Shown: in pieces, positions 30,122-39,208 of the stretch | Layout: each line of letters begins with the position of its first letter | Position numbering within the stretch: position 1 is the stretch's first letter | Virus record (IMG/VR): IMGVR_UViG_3300028284_000001 | Direction: 5' to 3' (one strand) | Source of the DNA: a virus | Length of the DNA stretch: 64,000 nucleotides | The notes under the pieces: model-generated | What the model was told of the DNA's origin: nothing | What the model saw: only the letters and a program-made list of their open reading frames with translations | Databases searched by the model: none | Program-made: the position numbers and the translations under genes

Positions 30122-31123
30122 TTAATCAAATAAATCTTCTTCGTCCCAGTTTTCACCTTCGCCAGCCTTAGCGTAGTCAGTTGGTCTAACTGCAAAGAAA
30201 TCTGTATGTGTATGTCCACCTGTTAAATGGTAGAACCAATCTAAGTTTGCTGCTTTTTCTTCATTAAACTCAAACTCAGATTCATAACCTAATTCAACTA
30301 ATTTTTCATTAGTTCTTTTGTTAATAAATTCTTTTAAATCATCAGCGGTTAAGTTATCTAAATCGCCTTGTTCAAAAATCTTGTCAATAAACTTATGCTC
30401 CATTTTGCGCATTAAGTCTGCTGCTTGTAATACGTCAGCATAAACCTCTTGTTTCAATTCAGGGTACTCGCTACACATCTGTCTAAATAACTGACATCCC
30501 ATTTTACTATGTAATGATTCATCTCTTACTGACCACTTCATTTGTTGACCAATACCTTTCAATAAGTTTCTCATTTGGAATGAGTATAAAACTGCAAAAG
30601 AACTGTAAAGGCTTACCCCTTCTGCAAACGCAGAAAAAATTGCTAAAGATCTTGCAACTTCTTTTCTTGCAGTAGCATTAGCTGCTAAATCTTCGTGTGT
30701 ATAATCTGCAGATGTTGACGTTAATAGGTCAAATTTATCAGCCATAGTAGGTTCGTGTAAGAAGGCTTCAAAGTCTTCTAAACCTAAAGTTTCATTTAAG
30801 TAAGAATATGCTGTTGCGTGAATTGTTTCTTGTGAACCGAACATCATAGCCATTTGTTTGATTTCCCATTTTGGAAACCATTTTGTAACCATGCCAGTCC
30901 AATAGTCAGATACTGCACATTCAGTTTGTGCAAAACCTAAAAGAATATTTCCGACTAAGTGTTTTTCATGTGGTAGAAGATTTTCATTCCAATCTTTTAC
31001 GTCTCCTTGCATGGAGATTTCAGTGTGCAGCCAGAATGCTTGCGCTTGTTTTAACCAACCCTCTGTGTAATATTCAGGGTATTCAAATGGTTTAAACGGA
31101 ATTCTTTCAGTAAATAATGACAT
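30122..31123 (-). CDS. nrdB: ribonucleotide reductase class Ia beta subunit
   Basis: ETIH..AYS, AEGVSLYSSF, RDESLH, HTDFF. Confidence 0.96.
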   Translation of the reverse strand: MSLFTERIPFKPFEYPEYYTEGWLKQAQAFWLHTEISMQGDVKDWNENLLPHEKHLVGNILLGFAQTECAVSDYWTGMVTKWFPKWEIKQMAMMFGSQETIHATAYSYLNETLGLEDFEAFLHEPTMADKFDLLTSTSADYTHEDLAANATARKEVARSLAIFSAFAEGVSLYSSFAVLYSFQMRNLLKGIGQQMKWSVRDESLHSKMGCQLFRQMCSEYPELKQEVYADVLQAADLMRKMEHKFIDKIFEQGDLDNLTADDLKEFINKRTNEKLVELGYESEFEFNEEKAANLDWFYHLTGGHTHTDFFAVRPTDYAKAGEGENWDEEDLFD

Positions 31124-31188
31124 TTGCGATATTTTGTTTTTAAGTTGTATGTTAGTTTTGTTACTAGTTAATTAAATATTAAGAACTG

Positions 31189-31284
31189 TTAGACCAAAAA
31201 AGGTCTATACGTAGACCTAATTCAATCTCTTATTACCTAATAAGCTTGCAGTAATACTTGATGTTTTATATATCGTATTACTGC
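31189..31284 (-). promoter_or_regulatory. structured nrdB leader: inverted repeat around a late motif plus terminator-like hairpin
   Basis: GCAGTAATAC/GTATTACTGC (31248-31284); AGGTCTA/TAGACCT (31201-31218) followed by a T run on the minus strand. Confidence 0.55.
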
Positions 31285-31300
31285 TGGCCATAGTTAAGTT

Positions 31301-32713
31301 TTAGAGCTTAAATTTTTTTGTTAATTCGTCAGCTTTTGTATAATACTCGTAAGATGTTTTCTTGTAATCTTTTCTTTGAGCATACAAATCTCCTAGAATC
31401 TTTTTAAGAACGCTTTCCTCTTTTGAATAAACAACTCCGTTTTGACAGACAATAACATCTTCGTCTTTTCTACGTTCTTTAACTTCATCTTCAGAAACTT
31501 TTTCTAAAAATGAATCCGGGGATATGTTAAATTGCATCATGATGGATGGATATAGTGACGCGAAATCAAATGCGCTAACACCACCATAATATCCAACGAT
31601 TGGCTGTTTAACAAAAGCACCTTCATACTTTGTATCTTTTTTACCGTCTTCTTTGTCCCATTCAGTACCGATACGTTTCTGTTGTTCGGCTAATTTACGA
31701 GCGATTAAAGATTCAGTAATAGCCACAGGTGACGCAGCTTTGTATAGTGGCAATTTAGTAATGGTTGCCAATGTTAATAGTACTTCCATTGATCTTAATT
31801 TCTGATCAATATAATAAACCAACACGGAGTCAATTACGTTATAGAAAACATATTTCTTAAAGTCGTTTTCATATAAATCTTGTAATGATCCACTATAATT
31901 AATTTTACTAATACCATCTAGGACTGCTCCAGAAACAAATGCAAGCGCATTTGACTCTTTTACGTGACCTGATCTATCGTATTTATCATACAATTGCATA
32001 TAGTCTAAAATACCCATGTGTAAAGGTCTAGAATCTTTTTTATCTAATGCTCCTGTGATAGCAACATCAGTTAAATCAATTTGCAGACGTTTACAACGGT
32101 TGACGATATACTGCCAGTCATAGTTGATAAAATTCCAACCTGTCATCATTGGGAACTTAGGTAAAAACTTATGCAAAAACGTGTACAGCATATTGTACTC
32201 ATCTTTAAATTTGTAATAACTAAATTCCCAGTCCTGATCATAGTCACCATTAGAGAAATGCTTATTAGTGTCTTCTTCGATCTTCTTTATTTGTTCAGAA
32301 GAAAGATCTTCAAGACCAAGTACAATAGCTTTTCGCTCTGGTGTAATAATTGAAAAAGTCAATATGCGAGATTTAGCTTCTTCAGGTTTTGGAAAACCAT
32401 CTACAATCTCTGTCTCAATATCGACGAAGTAAGTTCTAGGCATATTAAATTCATAAATCTCATCACGATCTTCTTGTGAAAGAGAATCCATAAAATAAAG
32501 TAATGAAAACTTATTAAAGTTTCTAGATCTAGATTTTTTTAAAGTCCTGCCATCCCAGTTCTTAATGTTAGGATCCCTCCATTTATCATCATCTTTTGTG
32601 ACCACCCAGTTTTGGAACTGACTAACCGGGTATCTTTTAAAAGAAACAGTACCTTCTTTGTTAAAATAAGATACTATTAATTCTTTGTCTGTTTGTTCGA
32701 TGTCTAATAACAT
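31301..32713 (-). CDS. family B DNA polymerase, N-terminal half (3'-5' exonuclease plus motif A; gp43A-like)
   Basis: DIET, TGWN...YD, YNVID, DFASLYPSIM..NISP; ends in the first fingers helix. Confidence 0.92.
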   Translation of the reverse strand: MLLDIEQTDKELIVSYFNKEGTVSFKRYPVSQFQNWVVTKDDDKWRDPNIKNWDGRTLKKSRSRNFNKFSLLYFMDSLSQEDRDEIYEFNMPRTYFVDIETEIVDGFPKPEEAKSRILTFSIITPERKAIVLGLEDLSSEQIKKIEEDTNKHFSNGDYDQDWEFSYYKFKDEYNMLYTFLHKFLPKFPMMTGWNFINYDWQYIVNRCKRLQIDLTDVAITGALDKKDSRPLHMGILDYMQLYDKYDRSGHVKESNALAFVSGAVLDGISKINYSGSLQDLYENDFKKYVFYNVIDSVLVYYIDQKLRSMEVLLTLATITKLPLYKAASPVAITESLIARKLAEQQKRIGTEWDKEDGKKDTKYEGAFVKQPIVGYYGGVSAFDFASLYPSIMMQFNISPDSFLEKVSEDEVKERRKDEDVIVCQNGVVYSKEESVLKKILGDLYAQRKDYKKTSYEYYTKADELTKKFKL

Positions 32714-33180
32714 TAATATCCACGTTTTTGGCGTTGGACATTTTCTTCTGCTTTAGCGAAGTAGTAGTTATAGGCGGTCTTAGCATCTAATCCGATAGAA
32801 GCTGCATAATTAATAAAGAAGTGTAGAATATCTACCCATTCCATATATAGTTCTTTTTTATCATCTTCAGATAAATCGGAAACTTTCTTGTTATCAAATG
32901 TTGAGAAGTCTTTCTTCCAGTATTTCCATACTGCATTTCCACTACCGTCTTTGATTCCACCAAGAGCATCAGTCATTTCATGAATTTCATCAATTACAGC
33001 ATGTGTATTACAATGCCAGAAATTCATTACATCTCGCAATGACATTTCTTCGAAGTTAAAACCATAGGTTTTTTCTTGCATGTTTTTTTGATGAGACATA
33101 ATGTCTTCTAAGTGTGTTGTTGATTCTGCGTAGAAGTCTTTTACTTCTAAGTCTTTACATTCGTTATCTATGTTTGCCAT
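32713..33180 (-). CDS. dimeric all-alpha dUTPase/dCTPase (T4 gp56-like)
   Basis: DEIHE, WKYWK, EWVDILHF, K..EN..RQ..GY. Confidence 0.85.
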   Translation of the reverse strand: MANIDNECKDLEVKDFYAESTTHLEDIMSHQKNMQEKTYGFNFEEMSLRDVMNFWHCNTHAVIDEIHEMTDALGGIKDGSGNAVWKYWKKDFSTFDNKKVSDLSEDDKKELYMEWVDILHFFINYAASIGLDAKTAYNYYFAKAEENVQRQKRGY

Positions 33181-33213
33181 CGCTACTTTGTTATTTGTTT
33201 ATTATAGTTGAAT

Positions 33214-34110
33214 TTACTTATCTGTTTCAAGTATTTCACCCCAAGCTCTTTCAGATTTTGTCAATATTTTTGTATTGATATCTGTTGGTTTAGGGTCTCC
33301 ACCTACATTCCAGAACCAGGCACCAGGAGTACCATTCTTTTTCATGAACTCCCAAGCCTTTGCATCGTAATTCATTGCCGATGGAAATGGTGGATTATAT
33401 TGTGGATCTACATTTTGTGTAAATGCTTTTGGGTGAGACCATACTTCTGCGATACCTCTTTCACCCTTCTTAATATTTCTTGCTACTGCAACTCCATGGA
33501 ATTTAGCATCAGGCCAGGCTATTTGCAGAGACCGTTGTAGAACACCAGTGGATATTGCTGACCATACTTCATCAGGGTACCCATGTGTTTCTGCAATAGT
33601 ATGCGCGACCTTCACAGCAGCCGCTGTAACTAGCTCATGTTTAAGTCCTAAGGGAATAAAGAATGCATTGTTTGCTTCTGCCCATTTCTTTGCGTGAGCA
33701 TTTAAGACTGGCATTGCTGCAATTCTTTTAAATTTCATTTCAGCTCCCATTTCTACACAGATCGCTTGATGATCTGAAATCTCTTTTTGTGATGGACTGA
33801 ATAGAACAAGTTTCTTATTATACTTCTTTGCTAAATATGCTAAGGAAATACCTGCAAATCCATATCTAGGTTGAACATATACTAATGTATCTTTTGGACA
33901 TGTTTGAACTAGAATATCTCCGAATCTACATTTAGATCCAAAGCCCATCATGTCTTCTCTTACTACTTTAAATCCTTCATGGTCTACTAACTGTGGAGCC
34001 TCGAAAGGATCTACCCAGTCACCTGCTAAATCTAACCATGCCTGTTTATTTGGCATCATCAGATTCAGATCTTGATTGTAAAGTGATGTTGTATGTTTAT
34101 TGTGTGCCAT
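33214..34110 (-). CDS. PLP-dependent enzyme (fold type II), probable DNA-modification tailoring enzyme
   Basis: VVRED..GFGSKCR (PLP lysine), SAISTG loop, YDAKAW, WFWNVG. Confidence 0.75.
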   Translation of the reverse strand: MAHNKHTTSLYNQDLNLMMPNKQAWLDLAGDWVDPFEAPQLVDHEGFKVVREDMMGFGSKCRFGDILVQTCPKDTLVYVQPRYGFAGISLAYLAKKYNKKLVLFSPSQKEISDHQAICVEMGAEMKFKRIAAMPVLNAHAKKWAEANNAFFIPLGLKHELVTAAAVKVAHTIAETHGYPDEVWSAISTGVLQRSLQIAWPDAKFHGVAVARNIKKGERGIAEVWSHPKAFTQNVDPQYNPPFPSAMNYDAKAWEFMKKNGTPGAWFWNVGGDPKPTDINTKILTKSERAWGEILETDK

Positions 34111-35329
34111 ATAATTTTGCTACTTTTTGTTTGTATTCTTCTACGTTTGTACTAGCTGCTTTTAGAACTTTATCATCTGATGGAAATGAAGTCATACCAT
34201 TAAATGTTTCTAATAATCCTAAGTCTAACATAGCCTTTTGTCTTCCAAATGGATGATCTTTAATAGTTGAGGAATTCCATAGAGTGTCCATATTAATATG
34301 CGAATAATCTGCACCCGGTCTTAGATAGTTTTCAATCCATCTAATAAAATCACAAGCTACATCCTCAGCGTTATATGGAAGACTACCAGTATCTTCATAA
34401 ATCTTAGTCATAACTGCATCCAAGAACTCTTCAGACTTCTTCCCTTTCTTTTCTACAGGATCTGCAAGATAACCAATACATTCTACTGCATTAGTACCAT
34501 AATAGAACATTGATTCTCTATTCATAAATTCTGGGTACCAATCACATACATCTGCAATAACTGCAGCATACTGGAATCTATAAGCTCTTAATCCGTTATC
34601 GGCATTCCACTTAAACATCCATTCTCCTAACTCTCTTAAATCCTTCTTACCACCTTCTCTTAAGTAGTCTGCCATGTCTCTTGCAAGTCTTGGTGCAAAT
34701 TCACATAGGAAATAATCACCACCTTTTTTGTAAACATATTCTGGTTCTTTAAAACTAGCCATGCCAACAAATGAGTCTTCACCTAAATCCGGTTTGGGTG
34801 GCTTAGGGAATGCTGGGAACTGATAACCAACTGAAGTGTAAAATGAAGTTGGATGGTGTTTTACCTTTTCACACATATCTTCAATAGACTCACAATCATG
34901 TAGGTCAAAGATAATAGTGTTATGATAACCAGATGGTTTAGTTGCGTAATTAATTGCAGAACCACAAACTCTATGTAGAATAAAGATGTATAGGTATTCT
35001 TCTAGTCCAAAAGTATCTCTCTTACCAGTCCAGTTTTTTGCAACCTCTTCTCTTTGGGGGTAAATTTTACCAGCCTCCATGTGTTTCCAATAGGGATGCT
35101 CTGGAGTCCAACCATAAAATACATCGTTTATGATCTGGCTAAAACCTGCATACTTACGTTCAACAACATCATATAGCTGAATCTGTTCCATTAGCGGATC
35201 GTTCATTCCACTATCGGCATGATCTACCATACCTAGATTTGAAAGCTCTTGTTGCTTTAATGCCAGGTCATAATACCTGATAAACTCATCATAATATTTA
35301 GTTGTCTTAATTTGAACTTTGTTACTCAT
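34097..35329 (-). CDS. amino acid:DNA transferase-like protein (aGPT-Pplase / HhH-glycosylase fold)
   Basis: DPLM..YDVVER, FQYAAVIAD, YGTNAVECI, AEDVACDFIRW parallel aGPT-Pplase motifs; overlaps the PLP enzyme gene. Confidence 0.6.
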   Translation of the reverse strand: MSNKVQIKTTKYYDEFIRYYDLALKQQELSNLGMVDHADSGMNDPLMEQIQLYDVVERKYAGFSQIINDVFYGWTPEHPYWKHMEAGKIYPQREEVAKNWTGKRDTFGLEEYLYIFILHRVCGSAINYATKPSGYHNTIIFDLHDCESIEDMCEKVKHHPTSFYTSVGYQFPAFPKPPKPDLGEDSFVGMASFKEPEYVYKKGGDYFLCEFAPRLARDMADYLREGGKKDLRELGEWMFKWNADNGLRAYRFQYAAVIADVCDWYPEFMNRESMFYYGTNAVECIGYLADPVEKKGKKSEEFLDAVMTKIYEDTGSLPYNAEDVACDFIRWIENYLRPGADYSHINMDTLWNSSTIKDHPFGRQKAMLDLGLLETFNGMTSFPSDDKVLKAASTNVEEYKQKVAKLYGTQ

Positions 35330-35474
35330 TCACTTCTTTGATTTTCCAATCGAAAGCATCTCGGTTTCTTTGGTATTGTTCCATCGACCACTCTATTTTA
35401 TCAGATTCAATTACTAATATGTAGCTAGCGTCGTTGGCATTTAATGGTGTTATTATTATTTGGTATTCTTTCAT
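35322..35474 (-). CDS. small hypothetical protein (50 aa)
   Basis: MKEYQIIITP...EWSMEQYQRNR; fills the gap; not in ORF track. Confidence 0.6.
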   Translation of the reverse strand: MKEYQIIITPLNANDASYILVIESDKIEWSMEQYQRNRDAFDWKIKEVNE

Positions 35475-35477
35475 ATA

Positions 35478-36569
35478 TTAAAATAATGCAAGCGTTGCTT
35501 TGGTTAGTTTTGAGTTAGGTTCGTTCTTAACTAGATCCCAACGATAATACTCTCGTGCAATATGAACTGACTTAGGCTTTTCCATTACATCGAATGTTAA
35601 CTCTCCAAAAGAGTTTAGGTAAACATCCGGGTGTTTCCAAGTCTTCCAGTCATTTCTTTCACACATATCGGTTACCATTTGATTAAACTGTTTTACCAGT
35701 TCAGTTCTTTCAGCCCAACTACCTGCAAATGGAGTATCTTTATAGTACCCTGTTTTTGGTAGAGGTCTGGATTCATTTTCAATTGGTAGAGCTTGAACAA
35801 CTTCAATGTTATCAATTTCTAAATCGATTAATTGTTGTTCATAAATAGCCATCATATCTTTTAGAGCTTTGCTAGGATTAGCTTGTCTCATAAGATGATG
35901 TCTAATATCTATATTCCCTAGATAGATCCTAAGCTCTTGGATTTCTTCTGGTACATAAGAACGAAGACCTCGTCTTAACGTACCGAATAGAGTTAATCCA
36001 TCATTTCGATCGGTCATATACCCTGGGGTATATTGGCTAAAAGAATGTGAGTCTCCAAAGCAAAGTTTATTTGTCTTTTGGATTCGGTCTACTCTGGGAA
36101 TAATAGCGCAGAGTTCCTTTGCCTCTTCTATTCGAACCTCTAGGGTTTTAAAAAGATCGGAACCTGTCTTTAAACGTTTCTCAATTAGAGTACCTACACA
36201 AGGCATATCATGGTGTAATGAATACATCCTAATGCCTTTTGAAAATAATCTAATTACTTGATTGTATAAGTCATCATTAGCACCTCCAAATATATTGAAG
36301 TTGCCTTTAAATTCCATACCGTGTTCTAATAACATTACATGGAAATTCTCTTCCCAATGAGTTACAACATCTGTAACTACTGTAACATCTGTATATCCTG
36401 CGGCGGTTAGTTGATTTGCAAGTTTGAAAGCCCAACCTGATTTATGTGATTGTGGCTTCGGACTTAATTTACCTACTAGAGCTGCAATACCTATCTTGGC
36501 ATTTTTGTCTTTCTCTAAATCAGTAAAATATATTTGACTATTGGTTGTCATCGATTCCAGCATCTGCAT
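35478..36569 (-). CDS. SGNH/GDSL-like domain protein in the modification operon
   Basis: CFGDSHS, YLGNID, SVH blocks in the C-terminal half; unknown N-terminal domain. Confidence 0.5.
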   Translation of the reverse strand: MQMLESMTTNSQIYFTDLEKDKNAKIGIAALVGKLSPKPQSHKSGWAFKLANQLTAAGYTDVTVVTDVVTHWEENFHVMLLEHGMEFKGNFNIFGGANDDLYNQVIRLFSKGIRMYSLHHDMPCVGTLIEKRLKTGSDLFKTLEVRIEEAKELCAIIPRVDRIQKTNKLCFGDSHSFSQYTPGYMTDRNDGLTLFGTLRRGLRSYVPEEIQELRIYLGNIDIRHHLMRQANPSKALKDMMAIYEQQLIDLEIDNIEVVQALPIENESRPLPKTGYYKDTPFAGSWAERTELVKQFNQMVTDMCERNDWKTWKHPDVYLNSFGELTFDVMEKPKSVHIAREYYRWDLVKNEPNSKLTKATLALF

Positions 36570-36867
36570 CAGTTAAATTAATAGGCTTTTCAGTATCGCC
36601 ATAGCCATACTTCTTAATATAATTATCTAGTCCGCCAATATATGCGACTGCATCTAAAAGATTATCTTCTTTATAGTTGTAAGAGTGTCTGCTTAATTTA
36701 AGTGCAACAAGTGCTGCATACATGTCGGCTCCAGTAAATTCTTTACCTGTCATGCCTGAACAAACCATGGCAGCTCTTCGCATGCCTTCTTCGAAAGGAC
36801 CATATTGGCGTTCTTTCTCTTCTGATCTGTGGTTGATGATTTTGTCTGCTTCGTTTAATATGTTCAT
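36538..36867 (-). CDS. small all-alpha nucleotide-metabolism-associated protein (DUF6378-like)
   Basis: IL.EA..II...R.YG, LKLSR, DNLLDAVAY. Confidence 0.6.
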   Translation of the reverse strand: MNILNEADKIINHRSEEKERQYGPFEEGMRRAAMVCSGMTGKEFTGADMYAALVALKLSRHSYNYKEDNLLDAVAYIGGLDNYIKKYGYGDTEKPINLTDADAGIDDNQ

Positions 36868-36916
36868 AGAACTAGATTTAATTAATATTTATAGAGGAAT
36901 AGCCTCGTTTGTTTCA

Positions 36917-37594
36917 CTAAAGTTCGTAGATAACTGGTACTCCATTTTCAATACAAAGATACTCATACGGGAGTGCGTCAACAAAATAGTGGTTATCATC
37001 ATAATCGATTACTCTCATATTAGTATGCCCAACAACTTGTATAATAGTATCGTTAAGGGGATTACGTCTTAGGGCTTGAGGTCTAATCCACATTGGACCT
37101 TCACCATCATAATTACCATACATTTCCATACCACTATGATTAAACGATCTCTTATCATAAGACCAAAGATCATTAATTTGTTCTGGGATATTACCGCCTT
37201 CTGGGAAATTAGTGTCATACCATTCTTTCGAAACACCAGCGTGTGTAAATAAAAACTTATCTACCTGATATGCTACTTGTAAATGTTCTTTAGTTTCTCG
37301 TAAGAGTTCACCGATTTCTGGTGCGTGCCATGTATTATATCCGCCATATCGACCGCCACATTCTGACATATAATGAAAGTCATGGTTACCGATCAACATA
37401 GTTACTTTAACATCAGCAGATTCTTTCCATGCAATAATCTCTTTATAGTTGTAAATTTGTTCCGCATGTGAAATAGAGAATGAGTCAAAGTAATCTCCGA
37501 TGAATACAAACTCAGTAGCATCAGGGTTTAACTCGATAAGTTTCTTCCAACTATCATGCCCATGTACATCTCCTATTACTACTATTTTACTCAT
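36917..37594 (-). CDS. calcineurin-like metallophosphoesterase
   Basis: GDVHG, GDYFD, GNHD, THAG, VGHT. Confidence 0.9.
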   Translation of the reverse strand: MSKIVVIGDVHGHDSWKKLIELNPDATEFVFIGDYFDSFSISHAEQIYNYKEIIAWKESADVKVTMLIGNHDFHYMSECGGRYGGYNTWHAPEIGELLRETKEHLQVAYQVDKFLFTHAGVSKEWYDTNFPEGGNIPEQINDLWSYDKRSFNHSGMEMYGNYDGEGPMWIRPQALRRNPLNDTIIQVVGHTNMRVIDYDDNHYFVDALPYEYLCIENGVPVIYEL

Positions 37595-37773
37595 TTTAAT
37601 TTCTTTTTAAAAATAATTAATTTTAATTGGATATAGAACTTAATATCGTAATACCACTTAAACTGCTTTCTTCTCTTTGCTTTCTTAATCCAACCAGAAT
37701 CTTTAAATGAGATTCGTTTTACCCAATCGGAAATTGATTCGCCTTCGTATCTAGCATCGCGGTGTTTATTCAT
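37591..37773 (-). CDS. small basic hypothetical protein (probable start MNKHRD)
   Basis: ATG overlaps the stop of the 37766-37903 ORF; its own stop overlaps the next start (ATGA). Confidence 0.55.
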   Translation of the reverse strand: MNKHRDARYEGESISDWVKRISFKDSGWIKKAKRRKQFKWYYDIKFYIQLKLIIFKKKLK

Positions 37774-37903
37774 CTTTCTTTTTATGTTTCTTTGTTCGTG
37801 TATATTGTTTTTTACTCTTATGAACATTACCACGCATAGCCTGCCATATCTCTTGTATGGTAAACTGTGTCTTTTGTAGTTTTTTATTTTCTTTCTTGTC
37901 CAT
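37766..37903 (-). CDS. 45-aa basic protein with ArfA-like C-terminus
   Basis: MDKKENKK...AMRGNVHKSKKQYTRTKKHKKKDE; first gene after an early promoter; not in ORF track. Confidence 0.55.
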   Translation of the reverse strand: MDKKENKKLQKTQFTIQEIWQAMRGNVHKSKKQYTRTKKHKKKDE

Positions 37904-37918
37904 TGTGTATAATTACAG

Positions 37919-37946
37919 TACTAATATACGAATAATTTCTGACATA
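37919..37946 (-). promoter_or_regulatory. putative early promoter
   Basis: TATGTCA-N7-TTCGTATATTAGTA. Confidence 0.7.
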
Positions 37947-37963
37947 AAAAAATCTAGAGGCAC

Positions 37964-39118
37964 TTATTTGTAAAGTTTTGCAAACTTTTCTGCTTCGATC
38001 TCTTTTATCTTATCTGCGATTGCAGGTCCTTTTACATCAAACTGCTTCATAACATCGCCGCCATTAGTAGATGGCTTGTATTTAATGAATGCCTTTATCA
38101 TTTTAATGTCTAACCTATTTAGCTTTGCAAACTCTAAAATAATCTTTTTATCTAGCTTTACAATATCTCTCTTTTTACTTACATCAAATACAGTCTCTGG
38201 TTTTAGAGTCATTAATGATTTAAGAAATAAAATAGAATCTATTTCTTTACTTGAAAATGTTAGCCTATTTAATTGAGATTTTATTTGATCGTTTTCATTA
38301 ACACCAAATAGAGTTGCAATTTGAATTATCCAATCCCTAGTATCGATAAATCTTTTATCTACATAAACAGTAGGAAACATTACTGGCCACATCTTAAAGT
38401 ACTCTACCATCTCCAAGTATTTCTTTGGGGACTTAGCAGTAGTTACAGATTTCTTAAATTCATCTCTAATTCTTTCTGGACTAATATCTTCTAATGAGTT
38501 ATCACTAATAATAGCTTCTGCTGTATTCTTTTCTAGTTTACTACCAGTTCTACCAGCAAATCTTAGGGCTCTTAATTTTCTTAGAGGATCTTCTTCAAAT
38601 CTCTCCTGAGCTCTACCGACAGTTCTAATAGTATTACTTTGAATATCTGCAATACCACCAACTAGATCGACAACTTCTTGAGTTTCAATATTGTAAAATA
38701 GTGCATTAATTGTTAAGTCTCTCCTTAGAACATCTTGATCTATTGTAGAAAACTTCACGGCATCAGGTCTACGACCCTTTCCAATGTCTTCTCTAAATGT
38801 TGCAATTTCCATGCCCTCAGCAAAGCTAGGAGTTTTAGCAATTACAACTCCAAACTGTTGTCCTACTTCTCCGATGGTTGGAACACCACCTGATTTTAAG
38901 ATCTTAATTACTTCTTCTGGTTTTGCATCAGTAGCTAAATCAAAGTCTTTTGGTTTTTGCCCAAGCATTGCATCTCGCACTGCACCACCAACTACATAAA
39001 GTTCTCTTTTATTTTTCTTAAAGAGTTTATGTAAATCGATGACGTCTTTAGGTACATTCATCTTAAGCCTCTGTTGAGCCTCTAGTAATAACGTGTATTG
39101 TGAGTATGATTCTAACAT
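37964..39118 (-). CDS. class II tRNA nucleotidyltransferase (CCA-adding/poly(A) polymerase family)
   Basis: VGGAVRD, KDFDLAT, EIATFR, RRDLTINAL, EDPLR..RALRF; no HD domain. Confidence 0.92.
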   Translation of the reverse strand: MLESYSQYTLLLEAQQRLKMNVPKDVIDLHKLFKKNKRELYVVGGAVRDAMLGQKPKDFDLATDAKPEEVIKILKSGGVPTIGEVGQQFGVVIAKTPSFAEGMEIATFREDIGKGRRPDAVKFSTIDQDVLRRDLTINALFYNIETQEVVDLVGGIADIQSNTIRTVGRAQERFEEDPLRKLRALRFAGRTGSKLEKNTAEAIISDNSLEDISPERIRDEFKKSVTTAKSPKKYLEMVEYFKMWPVMFPTVYVDKRFIDTRDWIIQIATLFGVNENDQIKSQLNRLTFSSKEIDSILFLKSLMTLKPETVFDVSKKRDIVKLDKKIILEFAKLNRLDIKMIKAFIKYKPSTNGGDVMKQFDVKGPAIADKIKEIEAEKFAKLYK

Positions 39119-39208
39119 GGTTTATATATTTAACTTATCTAATATACGAAAAAAGACCCAAACAAAAAAATGTTTAGGCCTTTATTTTGTTAAAGTTATT
39201 AACAATAT

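Noticed and set aside
25514-32713. Split intein or intron joining the polymerase halves
   Set aside because: No Cys/Ser-start or His-Asn-end intein blocks at the break, and the intervening DNA is ordinary genes
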